A stretch of 64,000 nucleotides of DNA from a virus, in the UHGV virus genome UHGV-1410950, one strand, 5' to 3'. Positions 10,655-20,246 of the stretch are shown here, in pieces. The notes under the pieces are model-generated. The model was not told the origin of the DNA and made no database searches. It worked only from the letters and a program-made list of their open reading frames with translations. The position numbers and the translations under genes were made by a program. How positions within the stretch are numbered: the first letter of the stretch is position 1; each line of letters opens with the position of its first letter.

Positions 10655-10988
10655 TTACGTCTTCCCAGTCGTTAACTTCGGTTATGTCGGTTTCGCTATC
10701 TGCTGGAGTTAGCGCTGGCGTTTGCTGCTCGGCTTCCTGAGCCCACTCCTGCATAATTGCTTGCGCATCAAAGGATTCATCCTCTACGACATCCATCATC
10801 TTCGGATTATCCTGATACGTGTGGGCCCAGTATTCAGTCAGCCGTTCCTCAAACGTTGTCTCCATGTACAGGGGGCTGTTCGGCGGAAGGCGAAACGTCC
10901 GGCGATACCACAGATCCACTGTGTTCACCATTTGCCGCGCTGTTTTCTTCGCCCGGTGCTCTAGGTTTTCTGCGAAATGTTTCCTCAC
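10644..10988 (-). CDS. Tail assembly chaperone, frameshift-extension (T-like) portion
   Basis: Overlaps the upstream chaperone ORF by about 140 nt in a different frame, directly before the tape-measure gene. This is the classic programmed -1 frameshift arrangement. Acidic C-terminus. The slippery site was not pinpointed. Confidence 0.5.
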   Translation of the reverse strand: MRKHFAENLEHRAKKTARQMVNTVDLWYRRTFRLPPNSPLYMETTFEERLTEYWAHTYQDNPKMMDVVEDESFDAQAIMQEWAQEAEQQTPALTPADSETDITEVNDWEDVNGN

Positions 10989-11277
10989 GCTCTCTCAGGG
11001 CGGCGAACACACGCCCCAGCGTCTGATATGTCTCATCATCCAGCGGATCCATGTTCTCCATGTCCCAGCCTTCTGGCGCATCGACAATCAGCACGCGCAG
11101 AGTTGAAAGGTATTCAGCGAGAGTCATCAGCCATGCAGTAGGCTCCACGCCACCAGCCATGGATGCGTATTCGCGCTGGATCTCTACCTCAATGGTCATA
11201 GTGCGACGCGCCGCGCGGAAACGCCCGACATCAGGCACGTCAAAGTAGTAATCATTTGCTTTTGGTTGTCTTGCCAC
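10849..11277 (-). CDS. Tail assembly chaperone (G-like)
   Basis: 142 aa, lying between the tube gene and the tape-measure gene and overlapping the extension frame. Confidence 0.55.
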   Translation of the reverse strand: MARQPKANDYYFDVPDVGRFRAARRTMTIEVEIQREYASMAGGVEPTAWLMTLAEYLSTLRVLIVDAPEGWDMENMDPLDDETYQTLGRVFAALREREETFRRKPRAPGEENSAANGEHSGSVVSPDVSPSAEQPPVHGDNV

Positions 11278-11332
11278 GTTGGAATCCTCGTACAGGGGGA
11301 AAGGAGCCGCCCCGAAGGGCGGCTGATATCAC

Positions 11333-11755
11333 TTACGCGCCGTCGCCGCTCACGTCCAGCGCGTTAAACTGGGCGTTGGAGGTAACGATGGCGTGTTTCT
11401 GGGTCTCGATGGAACCAGATGCGTAGCTCACGCCAGTGTACTTACGCAGCAGAGCGCCAGTCAGGCCATCATACTGCTCAATGTCGAATACCAGACCTTG
11501 CAGCACGGCGTCGCCGTTCTCCGGCACAATGCCCGCAGCTTGCAGCTGGGACTTGTTCAGGAGCATGGCGCTCACGCTCAGCTGGTGACGCGCCATAGTC
11601 GGCACCCACTCCTGTACGTGAATGTCACCGATACCGGAAGCAGGTTCCGGCGCGTAGTCATCGTTCATAGAAATGTTCTGGATCAGGCCGATCTGCTTGC
11701 CATCAAAGATGACCTTGATCTGGTTGCCTGACCGTACATTGCGGTTCTGCTTCAT
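11333..11755 (-). CDS. Tail tube protein (140 aa)
   Basis: Small ORF immediately downstream of the sheath-sized ORF and upstream of the chaperones, matching contractile-tail gene order. Confidence 0.55.
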   Translation of the reverse strand: MKQNRNVRSGNQIKVIFDGKQIGLIQNISMNDDYAPEPASGIGDIHVQEWVPTMARHQLSVSAMLLNKSQLQAAGIVPENGDAVLQGLVFDIEQYDGLTGALLRKYTGVSYASGSIETQKHAIVTSNAQFNALDVSGDGA

Positions 11756-11765
11756 CGCTTACTCC

Positions 11766-13562
11766 TTAGACGGTCGCGGTGCCGCTGTACGGACGAGCGT
11801 ACATGGTCACGAGGATGTAGTTGTTAGGGACGACCGGGGATGCCTCGTACTGAATACGCATTACATCGCCCTCAACAGTCCCGGTAATGTTGCGGAATGC
11901 CGGGCTGTTTTCGTCACCCGCCAGCACTGCCGGGCCCATTGGTTCTGGCTTAGCCAGCTCAGTCAGCTGACCTTTAACAGTGCTCAGTGCCTGAGACAGC
12001 AGGATCGGGGACTGCTTGGAGCCGCGCAGCTGATCCACCGCCTGACGCACGTTACGCTGTGTGAAGTCGATAGCCACGCCGCAGGACTGCTCGCGTTTGT
12101 TGAATTTGCTATCAACCAGCCAGGTGGAAATGGACTGCGTGATTTTGTAGCCAGTATCGGTGTTCTCGATAGGCATCACGCCGCCAAGGATCAGCTCGTC
12201 GGTCTCGGTCGGGTTGTCCAGATCGCGCTCCAGCCCGTTCACACTGATCACCTTGTTGGTGAGCGGAGTGCCCGGATTCACGCCACCAAACGCGGCGGCC
12301 ACCAGTGCTGCGGTCATGTACGCCGGGCGCAGCGTCAGCACGCCAGTGTCGTCATACGCGTAGTGCCCGATGTGAACCAGAGAAACGCGGTCGCTGTTCA
12401 GTACCTTGGCGCGGCGAATTGCTTCCTCGTTGGAGGTGCTGATCGGCGTGCCGACGATAGCGCGGCGCTCTTTGTAGCGGTTTGAGTTGAACTCAACATG
12501 CGCCTTAACGAAACCATGTACGGCTTCATCACCTGAGCACGCTGCCACCCACTGCACGTTGCGCTCTTTCGCCAGCAGATCCAGAGCATTGCTCCAGTCA
12601 GCAGGCAGCGGAGCCACGACAGGCTGAGAGGTCAGGTATTTGTAATCCTGAATCTGCGGGCCATGCCAGATGTCAATCGCGTTAGCAGCGTTCAGCTCGA
12701 AGTCCAGCCAGTTGCCTACGGCATCCTTAAACCATTTCTGGAAGCTGTAGCCGTTCCAGTAAAAGTCGGCGTCCAGCGTTGGCGTAGCGGTATCAGTTTT
12801 ATATGCCTTCTGATCCAGCACGCTCGGAGACAGAGAACGATAACCAGTGCTCAGGAACGTCATTTCGAACGGTTTCGCGCCGGATGCGTTAGCGGTCACG
12901 CTGTTCACGTAATCAGCGATGTCGCCCAGCGTTTTATACTGGGTTAAATCCAGCTCAATCTTCTGGAATACGCCATCGCCGCCCTGCTCGTCAGTGACGA
13001 TCTCAAAGACGCCCGGAGCCACCAGAATATGGCAGTCCTTCTCTTTGATTTTGAGGTGTACGCCCGGCGCGTTGATGTCGTTGCCAGTCACAGACCATGC
13101 AGATGCGCCAGTGCCGCCAGCGACGGTCACGGTGTACAGGCCAGCTTTTGAGCCCTGCTCAATCTTGGCTTTGATGCCCAGATCGGTTTTGCTGTACGCC
13201 TTGCCTTTCAACGTGCCGAAAGCGCCAGTGGCATTCGTCGTCCCTGCGATAATTGGCAGGTCGAGGGTGGCCTGAAACGCTTTGTTTACGCGGATAGCGA
13301 TGACAGTCTGAGGAGAGCCAGTCTGAGAGGACGGGGAGAAGGCTTTCACCACCGCATCGCAGAGCTCGCCACCGACCAGCGCCTGTTTAGCCGCGTTGGG
13401 GGTGCTGAATTTCAGCAGTTTGAATGACTCACCACCATCAGCCTGACCGATGTAGGCAACAACGTTCGTTACCGACAGGTTCTGGTTCAGCATGGCGTCA
13501 TCGTTCACTGCGGATGCAGTGGTAGGCGTCGTCAGCAGTTGACCATTAAAAAATACGCTCAT
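11766..13562 (-). CDS. Tail sheath protein (598 aa)
   Basis: Size and position (before tube, chaperones and tape measure) fit a myovirus sheath. No motif verified, so a major tail protein with added domains cannot be excluded. Confidence 0.5.
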   Translation of the reverse strand: MSVFFNGQLLTTPTTASAVNDDAMLNQNLSVTNVVAYIGQADGGESFKLLKFSTPNAAKQALVGGELCDAVVKAFSPSSQTGSPQTVIAIRVNKAFQATLDLPIIAGTTNATGAFGTLKGKAYSKTDLGIKAKIEQGSKAGLYTVTVAGGTGASAWSVTGNDINAPGVHLKIKEKDCHILVAPGVFEIVTDEQGGDGVFQKIELDLTQYKTLGDIADYVNSVTANASGAKPFEMTFLSTGYRSLSPSVLDQKAYKTDTATPTLDADFYWNGYSFQKWFKDAVGNWLDFELNAANAIDIWHGPQIQDYKYLTSQPVVAPLPADWSNALDLLAKERNVQWVAACSGDEAVHGFVKAHVEFNSNRYKERRAIVGTPISTSNEEAIRRAKVLNSDRVSLVHIGHYAYDDTGVLTLRPAYMTAALVAAAFGGVNPGTPLTNKVISVNGLERDLDNPTETDELILGGVMPIENTDTGYKITQSISTWLVDSKFNKREQSCGVAIDFTQRNVRQAVDQLRGSKQSPILLSQALSTVKGQLTELAKPEPMGPAVLAGDENSPAFRNITGTVEGDVMRIQYEASPVVPNNYILVTMYARPYSGTATV

Positions 13563-13571
13563 GTGATCCCC

Positions 13572-13841
13572 TTAGATCAGCGGAGTTTCGAGGAATTCCG
13601 CATAACGTTTTTCGTAAGCGGATGGAATATCGCGCACGCGCCCGGCAGATGTCTCTTTCGTCCAGAAGCCAGTGATCAGCACATAGCGCTTTTCGGTCAA
13701 AGACAGACGCGTGCAAAACTCGTCAAGCGATAGTGGGATCTCAGTGCTTACTGCCGCTGCATCCACTTCCGCTGCGATTGCTTTTGATGGTTGTTTAGCC
13801 ATTAGGATTAACCTCAGTAATGACATCCACGATAGTGGCAT
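13572..13841 (-). CDS. Hypothetical small structural-module protein (89 aa)
   Basis: ORF-track entry overlapping the end of the neighbouring gene in another frame. Confidence 0.3.
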   Translation of the reverse strand: MPLSWMSLLRLILMAKQPSKAIAAEVDAAAVSTEIPLSLDEFCTRLSLTEKRYVLITGFWTKETSAGRVRDIPSAYEKRYAEFLETPLI

Positions 13842-14637
13842 CAGATTTAAGCCCTACGCGGATCGGCGCAGTGCAGTTGAAATTCCCGGTAACAAGGTAC
13901 ATAGGGGAATCATATTCGCCGCTCACCGCATCTTCGGTGCTCAGCGATAACTTAGGCAGCGTGATCCCGGCGTCTGCCAGCACGGTCAGATTGGCGATGA
14001 TCACACGGCGGATGGCCTTTCTCAGCTCCAGACGCTCATCCGGGTTGAGAGACCAGCCAGTAATGGAAATATTGACATCTGCGAGCCAGCCAGCCTGCTC
14101 AGTAAACATGTCGTCGGCTTCATCCATGTACTCAACGTTGATGGTGTCGCCAATAAAGCGCTCGCTTGGCTCCTCGCTTTCCAGCGACAGCGTGACGCAT
14201 GGCAGCATCAGGTTGTTTTCCATCTGCGGTGGCGCGGTGAAAACTTGGATATAGCCCAGCTCATTCATCAGCGTTTTGCGCTCGACCTCTACCATCAGCC
14301 CGGCTTCCAGACGGTCGCGCAGCAGCTGGAGCGTATCGGTAGACGCATCCTGATAGGTCGCCATCGGCGTCCCGTAGTTCTCGTTGCTGGGCTCCCAGAC
14401 GCCATTGACGTAGTAAAACGCCTTGTAGAAATACTTGACGTTGTTCTGGAGGAAGTGGTGATCGACAAACGCGATGTTGTCCCCCTCGTAAACGATAAGG
14501 GCGTCCGGGTCGCTCATGTCGTCCTTAATCCCTGAGCGGGGGAGGCGCAGCACTTGCCAAGCCGTCGCGCCAGCGGGAGGCTGGAGGAATACTTGCAGTG
14601 CGTTGCCGCAGGACTGTGGCAGAATCAGCGTAATCAT
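13795..14637 (-). CDS. Hypothetical tail/neck protein (280 aa)
   Basis: ORF in the structural module. The GCGTCGTGACGG motif lies immediately upstream of its start. Confidence 0.4.
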   Translation of the reverse strand: MITLILPQSCGNALQVFLQPPAGATAWQVLRLPRSGIKDDMSDPDALIVYEGDNIAFVDHHFLQNNVKYFYKAFYYVNGVWEPSNENYGTPMATYQDASTDTLQLLRDRLEAGLMVEVERKTLMNELGYIQVFTAPPQMENNLMLPCVTLSLESEEPSERFIGDTINVEYMDEADDMFTEQAGWLADVNISITGWSLNPDERLELRKAIRRVIIANLTVLADAGITLPKLSLSTEDAVSGEYDSPMYLVTGNFNCTAPIRVGLKSDATIVDVITEVNPNG

Positions 14638-14696
14638 GGCTATATTGTGCCGTCACGACGCCGGGCGTGATGCTAACCTTTGAATCGGAGGCGCTT

Positions 14697-15536
14697 ATGG
14701 CTAAAGACTATTCAATCCAGATCAACCTCGGCAGTACCATGGATATCCTCGGAACTATCAACAAAGAGGTGTTCCCCTACCTGCATCAGGCCGTCAACGC
14801 GGTCGGGAATAAGCTCGCCCAAAACTGGCAGGAGGAGGTATACAAGGCGAAATTGTGGAGCGGCGAAAAGGACAAATACGCCAAGTCAATCAGCTGGCAA
14901 ATGACCGGGGATTTCTCCGGCTATGTCGAGGCGACGTATAAATGGGCTGAGGAAATTGAGAGTGGACGCCCTGAGCGCGATCTGAAAAAGATGCTCAATA
15001 CCTCGCTGAAAGTCCGCCGTACAAAGTCCGGCAAACGCTTCCTCGTCATCCCCTTCCGGCATAACGTGAAGGATATGCCGGACGAGCTCTACGCGCAGGC
15101 CAAAGCGCTGGAAGCCTCCAAAGTCGTCGGGCAGACGCAACGCCGTACCGGGGAGGTAACTTTCCTCTCTCGCAAAACCGGGATGCAGCCCGCCAAGCGA
15201 CAGACGCCATTTCTGACCAACGTTAAGACGCATGGCCCGATGATGGTCAATCAGGCCCAGTACAAATGGGGCGGACGCATTCACGCGGGCTACTTCGGCC
15301 CTAACCCGAAAGGGAAGGTCGATCACGCGGCAGGCATGGTGCGGTTCGATACCAGCAGCGGCAAGCAGAAGTCCAGCGCCTATATGACATTCAGGATCAT
15401 GATGGAAGGCCAGCAGGGCTGGGTTGTGAAGCCACAGCCGGGAAAATGGATTGCGCGGAAGGTGCGCGACGATATGGCACCGAAGGCAGAGGAAGCATTC
15501 AAAGCCGCAATGGGCTGGACGCTGAAAGTGAAGTAA
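14697..15536 (+). CDS. Hypothetical basic protein; candidate moron (only plus-strand gene inside the tail module)
   Basis: Plus-strand ORF with a GGAGG RBS 7 nt before the ATG (MAKDYSIQ...). Lys/Arg-rich, no recognisable domain. Opposite in orientation to all flanking structural genes. Confidence 0.5.
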   Translation: MAKDYSIQINLGSTMDILGTINKEVFPYLHQAVNAVGNKLAQNWQEEVYKAKLWSGEKDKYAKSISWQMTGDFSGYVEATYKWAEEIESGRPERDLKKMLNTSLKVRRTKSGKRFLVIPFRHNVKDMPDELYAQAKALEASKVVGQTQRRTGEVTFLSRKTGMQPAKRQTPFLTNVKTHGPMMVNQAQYKWGGRIHAGYFGPNPKGKVDHAAGMVRFDTSSGKQKSSAYMTFRIMMEGQQGWVVKPQPGKWIARKVRDDMAPKAEEAFKAAMGWTLKVK

Positions 15537-15645
15537 AAAAAAAGCCGCGAGGCGAGTCGCGGCACGTCAAAGTAGGTATTAATAACAGCTTTTATTTTCA
15601 GGCAAATGGACTATAGACGGGGCTATCCGTCCGGTCAACGTCTTT

Positions 15646-16305
15646 TTAGCTGATATTCCTCGCACCTCGACCATACAGGTCGAATTTGCGAAGCACGACA
15701 CGTTTTGGCAGGCGCATCCCTTGGTGCTCGTTACGGTCTGACGGGTAGGCATCCAGCATGAAATATTCGCTGTAGCGCTCCCCGGTGATCGTGTACTGCT
15801 TGCCCGCTGGCGGCTCGCCACCGTTAGGCCATGTCAGTTTCCCCTTGGGGTCTACCTCAGGGATCCCGCCCTCAATAACGCCCGTCCTGGTATCATTAAG
15901 CCAGAATACCCGCTCAATGCTCTTAGGATAGCGCCTGAGGCGTTCAGTCGGTGCGCCGTGGGTCAGCACATCTGAGAAGCCGTCGAGGCCATCCAGCGTG
16001 GTTACGCGGTCATATTGTCCGCCCCAGTCCCATGCTGGCTGATCCTCCGGCAGACTCACCACCATGTCGCCATGTTCCCACAAGCCCATTTTTGCCCATT
16101 TCATCTGGGTTTCCTGACTGGCGACGCCCACCACCATTTCCTCCGGCGCATCCCAGATCCTGCCCATCCCGGTACAGAGCGGGCAGGTCGGGTCAGCAGA
16201 TCCAGACTGCGCATTACGGCACGGGCAGGCCCAGTTACGCGCCCAGAGGACGCGCTGACCGATATTATTCAGGTGACGGTTAAAGTTTTGTTGGCTGAAA
16301 CGCAT
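15646..16305 (-). CDS. Hypothetical structural protein with Cys4 zinc-ribbon-like motif
   Basis: 219 aa containing CPCRNAQSGSADPTCPLCTG. Followed on the minus strand by a hairpin plus U-run at about 15543-15566. Confidence 0.45.
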   Translation of the reverse strand: MRFSQQNFNRHLNNIGQRVLWARNWACPCRNAQSGSADPTCPLCTGMGRIWDAPEEMVVGVASQETQMKWAKMGLWEHGDMVVSLPEDQPAWDWGGQYDRVTTLDGLDGFSDVLTHGAPTERLRRYPKSIERVFWLNDTRTGVIEGGIPEVDPKGKLTWPNGGEPPAGKQYTITGERYSEYFMLDAYPSDRNEHQGMRLPKRVVLRKFDLYGRGARNIS

Positions 16306-16315
16306 ATTCTCCCCC

Positions 16316-17431
16316 TTAGAAAATCATGCTCCGCACGCCATGGATAGCAGCCTGCAAGCCACCATTCCCGCTTTTCTCCGGCCCGTCGATGATGCGATCG
16401 ATCTGGTCTTGATACTTGCTCAGATCGACGCTCATGGACTCGCTCAGGCCATCGGCGCTGATAGAGCCGGACTGCGGCAGGAAAGTGTCAGTGATGATCT
16501 TCGTCACCGCCAGTTTCATGATGGCGTCGATGAGGTCAGGGTACTGGGTAGCGGCGTCCACCAGCCCGGCAGTGTAGTCGAGGTGAACCATCTGCGGGAT
16601 GCGGCTTTGCCACGTCAGCGCGGTGAAGCCCAGCACGGAGGTAGTCACCAGCGTAGCGTTAGTCACCGGGATGATCTCAACGTGACCATACTTCTGATCG
16701 ATACGCAGCCACTCCTGCGGGATGTCGAAATACTGGCCCCCGGCAGACGGCATGATGAAGCGCAGGCGCTGCACGTTCACCACCGGATGATGACGCGTGA
16801 CAAAGTAGCCCCATTTGTCGCGGTCGAACATGGTAGGCTCGTAGTCCTGAGGCGTGTCTTTTACCCACGGCTCGCCGTTGAGCTCCGCGATCTGGTCATC
16901 GGTCGGAGTGCTTTGGAATACCCGCGTCGGGACGAGGAACACGCGCAGACGGCGAGAGATTTCGGCCTCGGCGGCAATCAGTTTGCGCCAGATATAATCA
17001 TCGGACACTTTCATATCGCGCAGGGCACCCGCTGACGCTGCCATAAGCTGATCCTCGCGCAGCTGCGGGATCACCAGCTCTTTGATAAACAGCTGCGACC
17101 GGGTGAGCTCAAACGGCTCCTTAATCTCAGCCGGGAACATGGCCCGACCGACCGGGAAGCCGGACACGCACAGGATCACGTCATTGCGCGTGGCGAATTC
17201 AGCCTGGTAAGGATCGGTCGTCCCGTCGATAACGATGACGATGGCACCATTTTTCAGGTTGGTACCCGTAGCAGTCAGGTCAACAGGCGTTTGCTTGTTG
17301 GCGATCAGCTGGCCCTGCTTGGTAATCAGCGCCCACGTCAGGGACTCCCCGCCAGTCAGCGCGATGGGTTTCCCGTCTTTTTTCAGCTCTACAATGACCG
17401 TGCTGACGGTATTGCGTTCAATGGTAATCAT
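16316..17431 (-). CDS. Hypothetical virion protein (371 aa; head-tail connector region)
   Basis: Long ORF between the head and tail modules, directly downstream of a terminator. Confidence 0.45.
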   Translation of the reverse strand: MITIERNTVSTVIVELKKDGKPIALTGGESLTWALITKQGQLIANKQTPVDLTATGTNLKNGAIVIVIDGTTDPYQAEFATRNDVILCVSGFPVGRAMFPAEIKEPFELTRSQLFIKELVIPQLREDQLMAASAGALRDMKVSDDYIWRKLIAAEAEISRRLRVFLVPTRVFQSTPTDDQIAELNGEPWVKDTPQDYEPTMFDRDKWGYFVTRHHPVVNVQRLRFIMPSAGGQYFDIPQEWLRIDQKYGHVEIIPVTNATLVTTSVLGFTALTWQSRIPQMVHLDYTAGLVDAATQYPDLIDAIMKLAVTKIITDTFLPQSGSISADGLSESMSVDLSKYQDQIDRIIDGPEKSGNGGLQAAIHGVRSMIF

Positions 17432-17443
17432 GCGTTACTCCAA

Positions 17444-17467
17444 TAAAAAAGCCGCCCTGAGGCGGCT
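17444..17467 (-). terminator. Intrinsic terminator (approximate coordinates)
   Basis: Minus-strand hairpin AGCCGCC-TCAG-GGCGGCT followed by T6, after the Ig-like protein gene. Confidence 0.5.
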
Positions 17468-17493
17468 TAACAGGGCTTTACGCCAGCTGCAAA

Positions 17494-17745
17494 TTACGAA
17501 ATAGTGATAGAGCAGGTTGCCGGAGATCCGGTGATGGTCTGCCCGGCCTTAGCCGTCGCTGTTACTGTCACTGTGCCAGTAGCATCAGCGTCCAGAGTCA
17601 ACACGCCAGTAGTCGGAGCTACTGCACCACCTTTAGAGCCAGCTACCGGGCTCACTACATAATCGAAGTCGGTCGCTACAGCGCCGCCCGTGCCAACATC
17701 AAACATCTGAGCGAAAGTCACAGTCGCGCCAGCGGCTGCGGTCAC
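17494..17745 (-). CDS. Bacterial Ig-like (Big_2-type) domain protein, 83 aa
   Basis: Thr/Ala/Val/Gly-rich beta-strand pattern (TVTVTATAKAGQTITGSPATCSITIS). Starts with GTG in a GTGA overlap with the stop of the upstream repeat protein, which suggests translational coupling. Confidence 0.5.
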   Translation of the reverse strand: MTAAAGATVTFAQMFDVGTGGAVATDFDYVVSPVAGSKGGAVAPTTGVLTLDADATGTVTVTATAKAGQTITGSPATCSITIS

Positions 17746-18173
17746 ACTGCAATGGTCTTAACCGGAGCAGGCGGCGTAATGCCAGCAATAACGGCGTCCA
17801 CAGCCTGATCCACGATATCACCGAAACCTATATCAGCCAGCCCCAGATTGAGGTTGTTAAGCACGCGCACCAGCTCGGCACGCTTATGCGGGGTAAGCGC
17901 CTGAGCAGCTGCCTCGCGCTGCGCCTGAGAGTGCAGGAAAGCCTGCATCAGGTCGCCAAAGCCTAGCTTGGCAGTGCCAAGGTTGAGATTGTTGAGCAGG
18001 CGTCCAATGTCGGAAGCCTGCGCATCGGTGATGCTGGTATCGGTCGTGCCAGTGTCCAGCAGGTTAACAAAGTGTGTCCCGAAGTCGGCGGCGGCGATGC
18101 CCAGATTCAGGTTGTTCAGCAGGTGCTTTAGTTTACCTTTTGAACTTTCAGAGAGTGTCACAAGGGCGACCAT
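17742..18173 (-). CDS. Triple-repeat protein (three copies of about 45 aa with LNNLNLGxxxxGFG)
   Basis: The protein and its DNA both show three tandem repeats of about 135 nt. Position fits a head decoration/accessory protein. Confidence 0.5.
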   Translation of the reverse strand: MVALVTLSESSKGKLKHLLNNLNLGIAAADFGTHFVNLLDTGTTDTSITDAQASDIGRLLNNLNLGTAKLGFGDLMQAFLHSQAQREAAAQALTPHKRAELVRVLNNLNLGLADIGFGDIVDQAVDAVIAGITPPAPVKTIAV

Positions 18174-18193
18174 AGCCGACTCCTATAAGCAGA

Positions 18194-18589
18194 TTATTCA
18201 GCCCCTTTAGCCGATTCCGCTGCCAGCCGCGCCTTGCGCTCAGCAGGAGTTTCGCGCTTAGGGGTTTGCGTATTTGCAGTGGCTTTTTTAGCCCCTGCCC
18301 CTTTCTGGATTTTACTGTCACTACCTGCCGCAGGGGCTTGCGGTTTCACTTCCGGCTTAATCTCCGGCTTAATCTCCGGCGCTGGTGTCTGAGGTGCTGG
18401 AGCCTGAGGTGCTTTTGGCGCTTCCTCAGCGATAAAACCGGGAATGCTCAGGTAACGCGCTGCCTGCTCCTCAGTGAGGTCTGGCGACAGGTAGCGGTAC
18501 TCGCCTTCCGGCGCTTCCAGCTGTGTGAAGGTCAGCCCATCCAGCAGACAATCCGGGCCCATACGGTGAATGTTAATTACTTTTGGCAT
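18194..18589 (-). CDS. Hypothetical head-associated protein with PEIKPEIKPEVKP repeats
   Basis: 131 aa with a Pro/Ala/Lys-rich C-terminus. Lies directly downstream of the capsid gene and its terminator. Confidence 0.45.
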   Translation of the reverse strand: MPKVINIHRMGPDCLLDGLTFTQLEAPEGEYRYLSPDLTEEQAARYLSIPGFIAEEAPKAPQAPAPQTPAPEIKPEIKPEVKPQAPAAGSDSKIQKGAGAKKATANTQTPKRETPAERKARLAAESAKGAE

Positions 18590-18607
18590 GATTAGAATCC
18601 TCAGTTT

Positions 18608-18637
18608 TCAGAAACAAAAGGGCCCCGTAGGGCCCTT
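18608..18637 (-). terminator. Intrinsic terminator after the major capsid gene (approximate coordinates)
   Basis: Minus-strand hairpin GAAGGGCCC-TACG-GGGCCCTT followed by TTTTGTTTCT. Confidence 0.6.
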
Positions 18638-18652
18638 CAAATCGCCTACTGG

Positions 18653-20185
18653 TTACTCACCAGTGTGCGGACGCCATTTTGCCTGAGTAGGCAGAATGTT
18701 TTTGATGTAGCCATGGTGCTTCGGCTTGGTAATACGCAGATAACCAAACAGGAACTGGAACCATGACATTACAGGCATCCCGCCTACACCGAATGGCAGA
18801 GGGATCTTGGTCATCGGTTGGAACTGACGCCAGCCGATAGCATCAGCGCCCGCGCCAAGGTTCAGCATAGGTACGCAGATGGTGCCCGGCAGAGTGCGGT
18901 TGTCGTCGTGGAACTTGGTCTTACCACCAGCGGAGCTAGAGGTATCAATTTTCACGTAACCGACCAGACGCATATCGCGCAGGGTGTCCAGATCATCAGC
19001 AGCTTTCGCCACGTCCTGACGACCACGATAGATGGCGAAGCCGCCGCAATCAGTGGATGCCGGGTTGGTGATGGACAGCACGATTTCTTCGCCAGAGGCA
19101 ACAGTAACCTGATCCACGATCACCGCTTCGGACAGGCCAGCGCCGGAGGTGCTGATACCTGCGATAGCGTAGACGTACTTACCAGCACGTTTGCCAGTGA
19201 AGCGAGCCGCGCCGTTAGTAGCCGCTGCGCCAGTTGTCGCGCCCGGTTTCAGTGCGGAGTTTTTCGCCGCCAGATCCGGGTTGGTCAGCTGGAACACATG
19301 CACCATCGGGTTGGTCTCGTCATGGATAAAGGTATCCATGTGAGTTTTCAGGGTGCCAGTAGTCAGGCGGATCCCGTTAACATGACCACCGATAGTTGGT
19401 GTGTTCTGGCCTTCTGGCATCCAGCGGAATGCTGGATCTAAGCCCATGTTCAGATCGTTCTGAACAGAGTTAGGCAGGAAGATATCGGTTGACTGGCCCC
19501 AGTTGCCGTAGGAGTTAACTTCTACGTTAATCTGAGACATCGGCTCAACGCTGTTCAGCGCGGTACCGTTCAGGTCAACGATGTGCTCCGGTGCCATTTT
19601 CCCCGCAGCCACTTCTTTGTCGATCTGGGTAAAGATACCGTCAAACTGCGTACTAACAACGTCAGCGTTACCATGATAAAGCAGGTAGTTGGCGTCGGTC
19701 AGCAGTTGCAGTGCGCCGTTACGTTCTTCGACCGCAATCGGCTCAGCGATGTTTTTACCGATGTTCAGGACATAGCCGACCTGACGCAGAGACATCAGGA
19801 ATTTGACCAGACCTACTTCACGGCTGTATTCGCCCTGTGCGGCACGTACAACGCCCATCTGGGTGTTGGTAGAACCACCAAGGAAACCACCGACAGATGA
19901 CTGGCGGCTGTATTCGTCAACGATGTTGATCGCGTTGGACTGCTGCAACATGTTGAACAGCGTAAAGTGCTTGTTCTCCTGAATCGTGGTCTTCATCGCA
20001 GTATCAAGAGACTGCACGCCTAACGCGCCGCCGCCCTGCAATTTGCTCACGTCAGTCTGATAGTCCGAAGCCTGAAGCGCTTTGGTCAGCTCCTCAAACT
20101 GGGCCATATTACCGCCCAGAGAGCCGCCAAGAGCAGCTGCGCCGCCCGGCAATGCGTTCTGGAACAGTTGGGCGATGTTTTGCAT
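18653..20185 (-). CDS. Major capsid protein (510 aa)
   Basis: Large ORF at the head-module position after the scaffold genes, followed by a strong terminator. Shares a 16-aa motif (GGGA[LF]GVQSLDT) with the upstream protease/scaffold ORF. Confidence 0.65.
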   Translation of the reverse strand: MQNIAQLFQNALPGGAAALGGSLGGNMAQFEELTKALQASDYQTDVSKLQGGGALGVQSLDTAMKTTIQENKHFTLFNMLQQSNAINIVDEYSRQSSVGGFLGGSTNTQMGVVRAAQGEYSREVGLVKFLMSLRQVGYVLNIGKNIAEPIAVEERNGALQLLTDANYLLYHGNADVVSTQFDGIFTQIDKEVAAGKMAPEHIVDLNGTALNSVEPMSQINVEVNSYGNWGQSTDIFLPNSVQNDLNMGLDPAFRWMPEGQNTPTIGGHVNGIRLTTGTLKTHMDTFIHDETNPMVHVFQLTNPDLAAKNSALKPGATTGAAATNGAARFTGKRAGKYVYAIAGISTSGAGLSEAVIVDQVTVASGEEIVLSITNPASTDCGGFAIYRGRQDVAKAADDLDTLRDMRLVGYVKIDTSSSAGGKTKFHDDNRTLPGTICVPMLNLGAGADAIGWRQFQPMTKIPLPFGVGGMPVMSWFQFLFGYLRITKPKHHGYIKNILPTQAKWRPHTGE

Positions 20186-20246
20186 CGTTTACTCTCCTGA
20201 GTAGTTAAAGTATTCCCGACCGTAGAGCGGCGGGAGTCGGGAAAAA

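Noticed and set aside
10849-10988. Exact slippery heptamer for the chaperone -1 frameshift
   Set aside because: Candidate A-rich stretches exist (for example ..GAAGAAAAC..) but none is a canonical XXXYYYZ. The frameshift arrangement is inferred from ORF overlap only.
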